From Paraspadella gotoi (lineage: Eukaryota > Animalia > Chaetognatha), in NCBI GenBank assembly GCA_051294375.1, contig JBJCIZ010000239.1, positions 3,654,461 to 3,718,460 of the forward strand: a DNA stretch of 64,000 nucleotides, read 5' to 3'. Position numbers and translations under genes: made by a program. Positions 1 to 43,555 of the stretch are shown in pieces. The stretch's first letter is position 1. Each line of letters begins with the position of its first letter. The notes beneath the pieces were generated by a model. That model was given only the letters and a program-made list of their open reading frames with translations, was not told where the DNA came from and did not search any database.

Positions 1-400
1 TGAGAACTTTTGAATTTAATAGGAGATGACTTGGTCATTCAGGAAAATCAACACTTAAGTTACTTGGAGTAGATCTAGATGAAAAAAACTTAATTGGGGG
101 TAACTACATCGATTCATTAATTGCAAAAGCATGGTCAAAGTACTAATGATCAAAGAAAATAGCAAAACACTTAAATGAGAGTAACCATAACATCTCAATG
201 ACAATTTACAAAATCTCTTACAGTTTTCCTTTTCCAAACTCTAGGCATGCATGGATCAACTATGGACACAAACAAACAATGGGACCAAAGTCGATAAGCT
301 TCACATTCAAGCAATGAATAATACTATTGAACTACCAATCCCATACTCCCAATGCCTAGTGCCTCGATGCAAGCAACCTCTACCCAAACGCTCTCTGAAA
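1..400 (+). mobile_element. Degenerate non-LTR retrotransposon (LINE) fragment, C-terminal part of reverse transcriptase
   Basis: Frameshifted translation from about 55 reads LKLLGVDLDEK-(L)NWGNYIDSLIAKAWSKY..., matching the KxLGVxLDxKLxWxxHI thumb motif of Jockey/CR1/L2-type RTs; contains stops and indels. Confidence 0.6.
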
Positions 401-1140
401 CCTTTTTGCTTTCTGCACTGAAGAGAATCCTAAACATCGCGAAAAAATGACCTTTTCGACGACATCATCAAAAGATCACGATGAGGAGAATGGTTAAAAA
501 CTCACATTTCCCCTATGGAAACGGTTTCTCATAAACTTTGTTGTAAAAAAGTTGTATGAATGTTTCAGAAACAGCATTTAGTGTACTATTCGCCAAAAAA
601 CAACGACCGGAGGTTGGATGGAAATTTCTGAAGGGACTCGACCCTGAATCAGTGGAACCTTCAGTGAGGACCCAGCACTTCGTGAATTTTTCCGTCAGGC
701 CGTTTCAGGCCCTCCGCCCTGCAGACAGCCAACAGGCCCTCTGCTTCTGAACGTGGCAATCGGCCAGTTCTTGAGTTGAATGCGGTGAATAGGACAGTAG
801 AAAATACAATTTTACTACATTGATGACTGTATTGTTCTGATTGCCAGAGGATTCTTAGAAAAGGACAGCAGTCCTGCCTAAGTATCTGTGTACTATAAAG
901 ATGATCTGTGTTTTAGTATTGGGCCCTCGTCAGCATTCATTAGACAAAGAGGACCGCATTAGACGTACTCGATACTGTCGCAAGGTCAAGTGTAATCATT
1001 TCTATTTCTATTTCTATTTCTCTCTCTCTCAAGGTCACGCTGCGCGGTTTTTCGAATCACGTGACGGAGATTGAATTCAAGCGACTGAGCAACTTACCAG
1101 TTGAGATGTTCTATAAAATCTTGTTTGTATTTAAATAGAC

Positions 1141-1412
1141 TTTTACTTTAATTTTCTTACTTTAGTTTACTTTAATTTACTTACTTTAGTTTACTTTAAT
1201 TTACTTACTTTAGTTTACTTTAGTTTACTTACTGTAGTTTACTTTAATTTACTTACTTTAGTTTAATTTAGTTTACTTACTGTAGTTTACTTTAATTTAC
1301 TTACTTTAGTTTACTTTAATTTACTTACTTTAGTTTACCTTAATTTACTTACTTTAGTTTACTTTAATTCACTTACTTTAGTTTACTTTAATTTACTTTA
1401 ATTTACTTACTT
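1141..1412. repeat. AT-rich tandem repeat built from TTTAC/TTTAA/TTTAG subunits
   Basis: Repeated tttactttaatttacttactttag seen directly. Confidence 0.9.
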
Positions 1413-2390
1413 TTTTAAAAGTCAACCAAAAAGTAAGTTCTCCGGCGTTCCACGTCGCTACTTACCCACTCACCCTAAAACTTTTATCAATGACGTTTGA
1501 TAAAAACGACCTTCACGAATTCGTGAGACCCTGAAATCCGTCACGTGTCACGAGCGGCGCCACCAGTCGCCTCAAACGTCTCGCCGTTTTACTATCGCGT
1601 TTTATCTGTGATTGGAATCGCGCTCATGTCGGTGAATGAGTGAAGTTTGATACTCGGTCGGGCCGTGAAATAATGCCCCCGTGAGTCCGGACGTAAAATT
1701 GAGTCAGTTGGAAATCTCCAATCTATCGAGGATCAGCAACTTTCTATCCCCATTCCTCATTATGTCATTATTCTATCCCCATTATTATGTCATTATTATG
1801 TCATTATTCTATCCCCATTCCTCATTATGTCACTCCCTATACGCCATTCCCAATTGGCCGTATAACCAATATTAACCATTAACCAATAAGGCCTCGATAA
1901 AACGGCGCTCAGCTTCCGTCCGGCAGATACCGATAAAAATCCGGAAAGAAGAGTCTGAAGTTAAAGCCAATAAGTCGACTTTGGAAATCCATTGAATTTC
2001 GATGAATAAAAAAGAAATAAAAAAAATAAAAAAAAAAAAAAATAGGAAATTGATAAAATGGAACCAAGTCGGTCTCGGGTCGGGAGTCAGAAGTTGGAAA
2101 AGTAAGTTATAATCTCAAAGTATCGAGTGGAAGGTCGACTGAGCTCAAAGGCGGTGAGGTTTTAAGGGGGTCGTCTTTTTCAAGGTGAGGTTTTAAGGTG
2201 ATATTTACAGGTTTTAATGTCGGACTTTTGAACTTACCTTTGGACTTAAAACACCAGGACCGCGGCACCATCCCCTTGAACTTACCCAAAAACTGGTAAC
2301 GGCGAAGACAAAGAAAGCATCCTCCCTTGAACTCTACCTTTGAAGCAACCTTTGTAGCAACCGGACCAGGCCAAGCCACACCCCTTTAAA

Positions 2391-33292
<30,902 letters not shown>

Positions 33293-35214
33293 AGTCGACG
33301 AGGGGGTGGAGGACGAATGTGGCTCGATCGATCTCTCAAGAGGGGAGACAGGAAGATGAAGGCGAGAGTGAAATGAAGATTTCCTTTTTGCCAATCGGGT
33401 AAGGTCGAATTGGTAAGGGATGAAAGAGAACTCGGGTAAGATCGGGTTGGGCTACTTTGATAACGCCAGAGGTTAAATGCGGTACTTAAGGGGTTAATGG
33501 GGTTTTATTTGTGTAGCGAGCCGAATGGCCGGTGTCTTGATTGCAGCCATGAACTCTTGGCCGGATCGGAGGGTCGAAAAAGATTTCTGAATCCAAGAAG
33601 AAGAAAAAAAAAAGTATTTGTTCTGGAAACCTTTCGCGCGCGGGGTTTTTTTTTTTTTGGTTTGTTTATATCCGTGGAAACGGAGGAAATAGAAACGAGA
33701 GGCAAAAGCGGTCGATGTCCCCTTTTTCTTTCTCTTTCTCTCTCTCGCCGTCGGTGGGCGTGGCAATTGAGTGTAGAGGGTAAGAGGTTGGTAGGGAATC
33801 TTGATCGCTGATTAAGAGTCGCGAATAAAACCGAGAGAATCTTAGCTTNNNNNNNNNNNNNNNNNNNNNNNNNNNNNNNNNNNNNNNNNNNNNNNNNNNN
33901 NNNNNNNNNNNNNNNNNNNNNNNNNNNNNNNNNNNNNNNNNNNNNNNNNNNNNNNNNNNNNNNNNNNNNNNNNNNNNNNNNNNNNNNNNNNNNNNNNNNN
34001 NNNNNNNNNNNNNNNNNNNNNNNNNNNNNNNNNNNNNNNNNNNNNNNNNNNNAGATGCAGGAGCAGAAGGGTTAGAGATGGGTTTAGGGATGGGCGGAAA
34101 AAAAAAGTGATTTTGTAAAGATCGGCAGTTAATTGGCGAAAGGAAAGACGAGAATTCTGGCTGATTGATCGAAGATTCGGAGCTCCGTGGTCACCGAAGA
34201 AGGAAAGATGAGAATTCTGGCTGATTGGTCGAAGAAGCTTGATTACGATAAAACAGAGTTCGGTTGGCTTAGGCGCTCCGAATCGTAATTAGTGGGTCAA
34301 AACTGGCGATGGAAAGGGTTTGGCTCTTGGGTTTATATCGGGAGTCATTTGAGTCAGGTTATGACTTTTCAAACTAGAGCTTAGTGGTCAGTGGTCAGTC
34401 TTAACTTGCCTAACGACCGGAAAAAAGGGTGCCTTTTATGAGTTGGAATGTCCGGAGGTCGAGAGAGAGGCAAGAAGGGTCGAAAACGAGGCTGGTAGGG
34501 ACGAGAGCGAGACTGGAGGGGACGAAAACGAGGCTAGAAGGTTAAGGGTTCGACTTTTTCTTCCAGCGATTGGCCTTTTGTTTCGAAGCGGTCGAGCGGA
34601 GACGACGAAATGGTCAGCTGTCGCTTGGTGGCGCTGGGAGCGAGGTGGGGGAGAAGTGAAGGAAAGGGTGAGTTGGGCATCGTCCTGTGGGTGAGTAAAG
34701 ATTAAAACGTTAACCGAAGGGAAGAAAAGAAAATAAAAGAAAATTTGGGTGAAACGGAAACATCGGCATCACGTTTTCGATCTAAGATTTGGACAGAATC
34801 GATTAAAAGAATTCACTGTTTACATTCGAATGTTTTGAAAGCGAAAATAATAAAGTTTNNNNNNNNNNNNNNNNNNNNNNNNNNNNNNNNNNNNNNNNNN
34901 NNNNNNNNNNNNNNNNNNNNNNNNNNNNNNNNNNNNNNNNNNNNNNNNNNNNNNNNNNNNNNNNNNNNNNNNNNNNNNNNNNNNNNNNNNNNNNNNNNNN
35001 NNNNNNNNNNNNNNNNNNNNNNNNNNNNNNNNNNNNNNNNNNNNNNNNNNNNNNNNNNNNNNNNNNNNNNNNNNNNNNNNNNNNNNNNNNNNNNNNNNNN
35101 AGAGAGATGGAAGGTGACATAAATAATCACGTAAGTGGGCAAGGAGTCGATTCGTTCAGACTTACGTCAAAAAACATCGATATAGATCTAGAAGAAACTT
35201 GAGATTTGAGTGAA

Positions 35215-35730
35215 TGAAGAATCGAAAGAGATTAAAGAGATTAGAGAGATTTAAAAGTTGATCGAGTTGAATATCAAAAGAGATTAAAGATTAGAGAGAT
35301 TTAGAAGATGATTGAGTTGGACATCAAAAGAGATTGAGGATTAGAGAGATTTAGAAGCTGATTGAGTTGAATATCAAAAGAGATTAAAGATTAGAGAGAT
35401 TTAAAAGTTGATTGAGTTGAATATCAAAAGAGATTAAAGATTAGAGAGATTTAGAAGATGATTGAGCGAAAATCAAAAGAGATTAAAGATTAAAGAGATT
35501 TAGAAGATGATTGAGTAAAAATCAAAAGAGATTAAAGATTAGAGAGATTTAGAAGATGATTGAGTGGAAATCAAAAGAGATTAAAGATTAGAAAGATTTA
35601 GAAGATGATTGAGTGAAAATCAAAAGAGATTAAATAGTAAAGAGATTTAGAAGATGATTGAGTGAAAATCGAAAGAGATTAAAGATTAGAGAGATTTAGA
35701 AGATGATTGTGTTGAAAATCAAAAGAGATT
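35215..35730. repeat. Minisatellite, about 49-51 bp unit, about 10 copies
   Basis: atcaaaagagattaaagattagagagatttagaagatgattgagttg..; repeated in the noisy duplicate at 37750-38530. Confidence 0.9.
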
Positions 35731-36077
35731 TTGATTTTTAGTCGAGAAAAAGATTTATATTTCGACGTGATTTATGAAGATAAGGAATCTTGTAAAGGCT
35801 GTAGTCGGGCATAGCAAAGTTATGCCCGACTACAAGGCCACAAATAATCGCACAAATAACCACACATAATCATAACGAAGACGAGAATTCAGACAATCAG
35901 TCCAGAGATGCAGCGAAGAGCTGTAGCGAGCAACAAACCAGAGCTGAGAGACTGGAACAATCGTTCCAGTCTAAAAAAAATCGACTCGGTTTCAACAAAT
36001 AATTGAGTGGGAACTTTAGTCGACAGTCCTGAAAGATTCATGGTAAGGGGCAAGTAGTAATGAATAAGTTAACTTAC

Positions 36078-36182
36078 CTCAGACGCTCGATGGAAACCAG
36101 CGAATGGTCCGATTTGGACGTGGAACCTTTAACGTCGTCTCCGTCGTCGTTGTCGCCGTCGAATTTCCAGACAAAAGGGCAT
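36078..36182 (-). other. Candidate exon (GPCR 5' UTR or another gene)
   Basis: aataaaaaag|...gtctgag|gtaagt consensus donor, 105 nt; one open frame reads CPFVWKFDGDNDDGDDVKGSTSKSDHSLVSIERL. Confidence 0.4.
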
Positions 36183-36500
36183 CTTTTTTATTCTTTTTTT
36201 TTAGTTTGTTTAATTTCGTTTAATATTTCTTTCAAAAGCAGCGAGCTTAATTTTTTTTTTTTCCGTTCGGTTAGAGAAAAAATGGAGAGAGAAAGATGGA
36301 CGGATGGACGGAAGGAGGAAAGAAGGGGGAAAAAAATTCGAGCCACGTGACCACTCTCTCTCTCTCTCTTGTGAATGTGTGTAAGGATGGTGTGTGAGAA
36401 ACGGAGATAGAGAGAGAGAGAAAGATGGAGAGAAGGAAAAAGAGGAGGGGGAAAAAAGAGCTATGGAGAATTTAAGAATGAATACAAGAAATAAAAAGAG

Positions 36501-36542
<42 letters not shown>

Positions 36543-36917
36543 AGAGAGTCACCCGCGAGAGCAACCCAGCCAGAGAGAGAGCAGAGAGAGAGAGAGGAGA
36601 GTTGTAAGTGTGGGCGAAATTTGTTTTTTATTTCTTTTTGGTGCAAAGAGCAAAAGGATGTTTCTCCCCCCTTTTTTTTTTTGGTTCTTTATTTTTCTTT
36701 TTTATTTCATTTTTGTTTTTACGATTGATATAAACGAAGGGAGAAAAAACCGCCCGGCGAGGAAATTCTCCAGATTCCTCGGCGACGAAGTAGACACGTT
36801 TCTCCGTTATTTTCGTTCGTCGTCGTCGTCGTCGTCGCCGCCGTCGCTACCCTTCTCCGGGCGTTTCTCCTGCCTTGTTTTGCTTCTCGGTGGCACCTTC
36901 TAACGACGCGCACTCCC

Positions 36918-37136
36918 ATTGGCCGTTTCCGTTTCGGCGCCGCGAGGCGATTGGTCAGTTCTTCCTGGGCGCCGCGTTCCCATTGGTCGAACATGACGGG
37001 ATGCTCGATTCCGATTCGTCGATCTCGGCTTGGTAGCGTTGGTAAGCGGAGTCTCCCATTGGTCGAGAGGAAAGCTTAGTGGAATCGAGCTCTCATTGGT
37101 TGAGAGAGATCAAGAGCGGATTCGTTCGCTGATTGG
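36918..37136 (-). promoter_or_regulatory. Cluster of six co-oriented CCAAT boxes in CpG-rich DNA (putative NF-Y promoter)
   Basis: ATTGG at 36918, 36950, 36982, 37058, 37095 and 37132 (spacings 32, 32, 76, 37, 37), most in CCAAT(C/G)(A/G)G context; about 3.6 kb upstream of the GPCR ATG. Confidence 0.5.
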
Positions 37137-37575
37137 CTGGATTAGGTTGGAGGCCGTGACGACACGCGAAGCGTCGACAATCGACCGTGGACGATCATCG
37201 AACGGGGCGCGAGGTTTGATGGAGGGGAGATGGAGAGAGAGACGAGGGAGAGAGATACGAAGGAGAGAGAGAGAGAGATCCCGGGATGTCTCGCTCTCTC
37301 TCTTGCTCCGGCGTGTCCCTGAAAGTGGGGAGGGGGAAGGAACGAGACGGAGGGAAAGTTCGGGACATATGGGGAAAGAAAGATTTTTGGGTTAGAGGAA
37401 TGACAGTCAGATATAAGAAAGAAAAATCGAAAGGGAAAGAGAGAAAAAAATGGGGGAGGAAAAAAGAAACAGAGAAAAAGAAAACGAACAAAGGATAGGA
37501 GACGAGAGGGAGATGAAAACTTGACTGAAGAGAAAAGATGAAGAGCAGAGAGAGAGAGAGAGAGAGTAGAGAGAC

Positions 37576-37619
<44 letters not shown>

Positions 37620-37620
<1 letters not shown>

Positions 37621-39364
37621 GAGAGAGATGGAGGTACATAAATAATCATAATAGCAAGGAGCTCCGATTCGTATATCGAGTACTTACGTCAAAAACATCG
37701 ATATAGTGATCTTAGAAGAAAACTTGAGATCTGTATGAAAGTGAATGATAAAGTAAGTCGAAAGAGAATTTAAAGAGGATTTAGAGAGATTTAAAAGTTG
37801 ATACCGAGTTGAACTATCAAAAGTAGATTACACGAGGTTAGAGAGATTTTAGAAGATGATTGAGTTGGACATCAGAAAGAGCGATTGAGGATTAGAGAGA
37901 TTTAGAGAGCTGATTGAGTTGAATATGAAAAAGAGGATTAAAGATTAGAGAGATTTGAAAAGTTGATTTGAAGTTGAATAATCAAAAGAGATTAAAGATT
38001 ACGAGAGATTTAGAAAGATGATTGAGCGAAAATCAAGAAGAGATTAAAGATTAAAGAGATTTAGAAGATCGATTTGAGTAAACAATCAAAAGAGATTAAA
38101 GATTATGTATTGAGATTTAGAAAGATGATTGAGTGAAATCGAAAGAGATTAAGATTAGAGCAAGATTTAGAAGATGATTGAGTGAAAATCAAAAGAGATT
38201 AAAGATTAGAGAGAATTAGCAAAGATGCATTGAATGAAAATCAAAACGACGATTAAAGATCCTAGAGAGTTTAAAGCTTCTTATTGAGCTAACAATTTCT
38301 TACACAGAGCAATTAAAGCATTAGAGAATTTAGAAGATGATCTCGACCGTCGGAAACATCAAAAGCCACTACACCGCCATTAAAGATTAGAAAGATTTAG
38401 AGATGATTGAGAGTTGAAATCAAAAGAGATTAAATAATAAAGAGATTTAAGAGATGATTGAGTGAAATCGAAAGAGATATAAAGATTAGAGAGATTTAGA
38501 AGATTGATGGTGATAAATTCATAAAGAGATTTTGATTTTAGTCGTATGTAAAAAGATATATTCGACGGGTGGAAATAAAATTTATGAATGTATTAAGGAA
38601 TTCTTGTAATGCTGTAGTCGGCATAGTCATAAGTATGTCCGATTCTTACATAGGCACAATAATTCTGCACCGGATACATATTAACCACACTATATACAAA
38701 CGGATAGTATCGGAGAATTCAGGGACCCACTGAGTCCAGAGCATGCGCACAGCGAAGAAGCTGTAAGCCGACGCAAACAAACCAGCCAGCTGACGAGACT
38801 GAACAATCGTTTTTTCAGTCTAAAAAAAATCGACCTCGGTTTCAACAAATACATTGAGTGGGAACTTTAGTCGACAGTACCTGAAAGATTCATGGGTAAG
38901 GGCAAGTAGTAATGAATCAAGTTCCACTTACCCTCAGCACGTCGATGGAAACCAGCCGAATGGTCCGATTGGACGTGGAACGCTTTACGTCTCAAGTCTC
39001 CGTCGGTCGTTGTCGCCGTGCGAATTTTCAGACAAAAGGGGCATCTTTTTTTCATTCTTTTTTTTTAGTTTGTTTAATTTCGTTTAATATTTCTTTCATA
39101 AAGCAGCGCAGCTTTTTTTTTTTTTTCCGTTCGGTTAGAGAAAAAATGGAGAGGAAAGATGGAGGATTGACGGAAGGAGGAAAGAAGGGGAGAAAAAATT
39201 CGAGCCACGTGACCACTCTCTCTCTCTCTCTTGTGAATTGTGTAAGATGGTGTGTTGAGACAGAAAACGGAGATAGAGAGAGAGAGAAAGATGGAGGAAG
39301 GAAAAGAGGAGGGGAAAAAGAGCTATGGAGATTAGAATGAATACAAGAAATAAAAAGAGGAGAG

Positions 39365-39402
<38 letters not shown>

Positions 39403-40420
39403 AGACGAGAAGATGAGAGAAGAGACACCGACGAGAGAGACTAGCAGAGAGAGAGAGAGAGATGAGAGAGGAGAGAAGTTGTAAAGTGATGGGCGCAATT
39501 TGTTTTTTTATTTCTTTTTGCGTGCAAAGAGCAAAAGGATGTTTCTCCCCCATTTTTTCTTTTTTCGGTTCTCTATTTTTCTTTATTTCATTTTTGTTTT
39601 ACAGATATGATTACACCGCAAGGGAGAAAAAACGCCCGGCGAGGAAATTTCTCCACGATTCCTAGGCGACGAAGTAGACGTTTCTTCCGTTTTTTCGTAT
39701 TCGTCGTCGTCGTCGTCGTCGCCCAGGTCGCTCTACCCTTTCTCCGGGCGTTCTCTTCTGCCTTGTTTTGCTTTCGTGGCACCTTTCTACCGCGCCTCCT
39801 CATTGGCCGTTTCCGGACTTTCGGCGGCCGCGAAAGGCGATTAGGTCGTTCTTCCTGGGCGCCGCGTTCCCATTGTCGAACATGACGGGATGCTCGATTT
39901 CCGATCGTCGTTTCTCGGCTTGGTAGCGTTGGTTGTAACGGAGGTCTCCCATTGGTCGTAGGAGGAAAGCTTAGTGGAATCGAGCTCTCATGGTTGAGAG
40001 AGATCAAGAGGCGTGATTTCGTTCTAGCGCATGATCTGGCGATAGAGGTTGGAGTCCGGTGACCGACACGCGAGCGTCCGACAATCGACCGTGGACGATC
40101 ATCGAACGCGGGCGCGAGGTTTAATGGAGGGGAGGATGGAGAGAGTAGACGAGGGATAGAGTCATACGAAGGAGAGAGAGAGAGAGATCCCGGGGATGTC
40201 TCGCTCTATCTCTCTTGCTCCTCGGCGCGTGTCCCTGAAAGTGGGGAGGGGGGAAGGAATCAGAGACGGAGGAACAGTTTCGGGACATGTGGGGAAAGAA
40301 AGGATTTTTGTTAGAGGAGACTGAATCAGTTGACAGGAAATAAATAGAAAGAAAAATCAAAGGGAAAGACGAGAAAAAAATGGGGGAACAGAAAAAGAAC
40401 ATAAAAAGGAAAAAAAAGAC
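37620..40420 (+). repeat. Indel-rich second copy of 35101-37490 (probable gap-overfill artefact)
   Basis: Collinear match throughout with frequent single-base insertions; followed by a 25-N gap at 40545-40569. Confidence 0.85.
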
Positions 40421-43400
40421 AACAAAAACGAGGAACTGAATGAGGGTAAAAAAAAAAATTAAAAAAAATAAAAAAACTCGGAGCTATTCAGTCGAAAGTA
40501 ATTTCGTGGCGACCGGGACAGACTACTGGGATACGAAGCGGGTGNNNNNNNNNNNNNNNNNNNNNNNNNGGTGCGGAGGCTGCTGCAGCTGCGAGAACTG
40601 CAGCACAAGTTACAGCTACTGCCAGTACAGTTGGGATCGAGATTTAAAAAAAAAAAGAAAAAAAGAAAAATGCAAAAGAAATTAGAACTCGCAACGAGAA
40701 ATATGTTGATGGGGAAAAAGAAATATTTCGGTCTTTCCAAGTTTAAAATTTGTGATTCGGAGCTTCGGCCTCGGCCGTGCCGCTCGGTATTAGTGTTCGT
40801 TCATTAAAATCACTATTCACCCGGGTTTGATTCACTTTTTGTCAAATGTTCACTGACCTAATGATGAACCCCTTTTTCGGTGTCGTAGCACGATTTTTCG
40901 ATCATTTTCGATTTCAACGTGATGCCGTGACAATTATATCCATTGTCATTGTCTTTGTCAGAGACTCAAATGGTGGACTGCCTGGGGTGACGAGGTGGCA
41001 ACGTGACAGGTTGCCGAAGGCAAAGACGTTAATGGATGACAGACTGACCGGTTGTTGGCCGGTCGCGTGCGATAAGTGACTAATGGTGAAAAATGAGACT
41101 CGGGCCAACGGGCGATTGTGAGAAACGGGTCGTTTCACGATGTAAGGGAAAGTTTTTGTTGTTGTTGTTATTGTGGCCAAAACAGAACGAAACGATAATT
41201 CAACAGCAGTTTCGTTTTGTGAGCAAGGGAGGTCACTTTAAAACTCCAACAAAAACCGATAACAAGAAAACTTACATGCCATGCCGAAACAACGGTATTT
41301 ACGTCGGACCGGGCATGCAATGCCATGCCCCCCGGGAAATGAAAGTTTGGGCCTTTTCATGCTCCGCCATGTTTAAGGGGATTTTCTTTTTTTCGTTTTC
41401 TTTTTTACGGGAGTAGAGGAAAAGTCGATGGGATAAAACTAGAACATTATTTAAAATTATCGTGTGGCTTAATTTGGGACGAGACGTGCGATTTCAATGT
41501 TTAAATGCATATATTTTATCACTGGCGAGATCGGTCTGTTTCGAGCAACAATTTAATATAAAAAAAAGTTTCGCTCATAATTTTGTTAGGGTTAACAAAA
41601 ATTTAATCTGAAAAAAAATCGACTGAGTCTAAAGAAAGAAAAAAAAATCATTACTCAGCACAAAATTCTTTTTTCTCCTCTCATTCCTATTTGTCTTTTG
41701 AACAAAGGCCCATAATTCTGCGCTTTTCTTCATAAAAATGATCTTAATTTCGCTTCAACTTTAAAAAGTCCATTTTTTGGGGGGGTTGGGGGGGGGGGTT
41801 AGGTTTCCTTCTCCGTTATCGTATAGTTTGTATTTAAGTTCAATTTATGGTCAATTTTGATTTTTAAACAGCCCAGGTGGTGTGGCGACCTTCCGAGCCA
41901 AGGACTCGTTCCACGGTTGGTAGAGAGGTTAAAGATATTACGGAAGTCATCTTTAGCCTTATACGCAGATATCTTAATATATTTTTACAAAATATCAAAT
42001 TTTGATAATGAAAAAATAATAAATAATTTGTATATTGGTTGTACCAATTTTAAATATTGATTTAAATTTGTCGTAAATTTAATTCTAAATTTAAACGATA
42101 TCAATTTTTTTTTGAATAAATCTTAGGTGCACCTTTCTGCCCCGTAATTCAATTAATTAATTAATTATTCTAACAAAAGTAAAAAGAAATGAGATCTCAG
42201 AGATCAAGTCTCTGCCAATGATCTTCTGCGTCCTTGATGGAAAAAACATTTTCTTCTCCTTTTTATTTGTGATGGAATCCTTCCTTGTCCTTCACTTCTC
42301 TTTAACCGGGAGTCGCTCCTCTCTCTCTCTTTATCTTTCTCTCTCTCCCTTTATTAAACCCTCTCTTCTTCCATCCATTCGGTTTCCATTTTTTTCCGCT
42401 TTCAGCATTTTTTCTATTTAATTTTTTCTTATCTTTCTCTCTCTCTCTCTCTCTCTTATTTATCTCTCTCATTTCCGTTGTCTAGTCTCTCTCTCTCTCT
42501 CTCTCTCTCTCTTCTTCTCTCTCTCCTCTCTCATCTGCCTCTCTCTCTCTCTGTCGTCTCCACTCTGTTCTTCCATCTTTGTCTCTTTGTCGAGGCTCCC
42601 GCGATGCAGACCGTCCCTTCTCCTTATCACATTTTATCATCGAATTACAAATAGAACTTACATCGACTTTTCTTTTCTCTCTTTTTCTTGGTGATTCGGT
42701 TCCACGAATCAGACAGACGGAAACATTTCAGACGACGGAGAAAGATCGTTTTGTGTCGTGATTGATAAAACAAAAANNNNNNNNNNNNNNNNNNNNNNNN
42801 NNNNNNNNNNNNNNNNNNNNNNNNNNNNNNNNNNNNNNNNNNNNNNNNNNNNNNNNNNNNNNNNNNNNNNNNNNNNGAGAGAGAGAGAGAGAGATTGGGC
42901 GCGCCAAAACCGGAAGTGGAAATGGTTAATGCTATGAATAAATATTAGACGTCAACGTGAGATGGCGGCGGCAGCGGCAGCGGCGGCGGCAGCGGTGGCG
43001 GCGGTACAGCGGCGGCGGCGGCTGCGACGGCAGCGGCAAAGGGTTCTGAGCGGCCAATTTTTCTATGTTACTGAAAGCGAATTTAATATTCACGTATCGT
43101 TTTCAATATTCACAGTTTCACTGGCTGACGTATAAATATAATGGAGATATCGGTGAATAGTTTGTTTATAACTAAATTTCTTCATCCCATAATTCAACCT
43201 TCAACATGGAATAGTTAAAATAAACGTTCGTCTTTGATTAATAATAAAGTACTTTTTAACAGTTTCTTANNNNNNNNNNNNNNNNNNNNNNNNNNNNNNN
43301 NNNNNNNNNNNNNNNNNNNNNNNNNNNNNNNNNNNNNNNNNNNNNNNNNNNNNNNNNNNNNNNNNNNNNNNNNNNNNNNNNNNNNNNNNNNNNNNNNNNN

Positions 43401-43555
43401 NNNNNNNNNNNNNNNNNNNNNNNNNNNNNNNNNNNNNNNNNNNNNNNNNNNNNNNACGAGGTGAGGAATGAAAAGGGTGAGGCGATGCGGGAGGCGGGGG
43501 TTGTGGGTTGAGCTGGCAATGGTGGCATGATGCGGTGCCACTGGTTTGGCAATTG

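Noticed and set aside
34437-34685. 82-codon minus-strand frame with an FN3-like start (LTLSFTSPP...HFVVS)
   Set aside because: Becomes low-complexity Ser/Leu and stops; cannot be linked in phase to other exons and may be GPCR 5' UTR.
40571-40640. Cys-rich metallothionein-like frame CGGCCSCENCSTSYSYC
   Set aside because: Alternative reading of a degenerate GCA/GCT repeat next to a gap; no start, splice or signal-peptide support.
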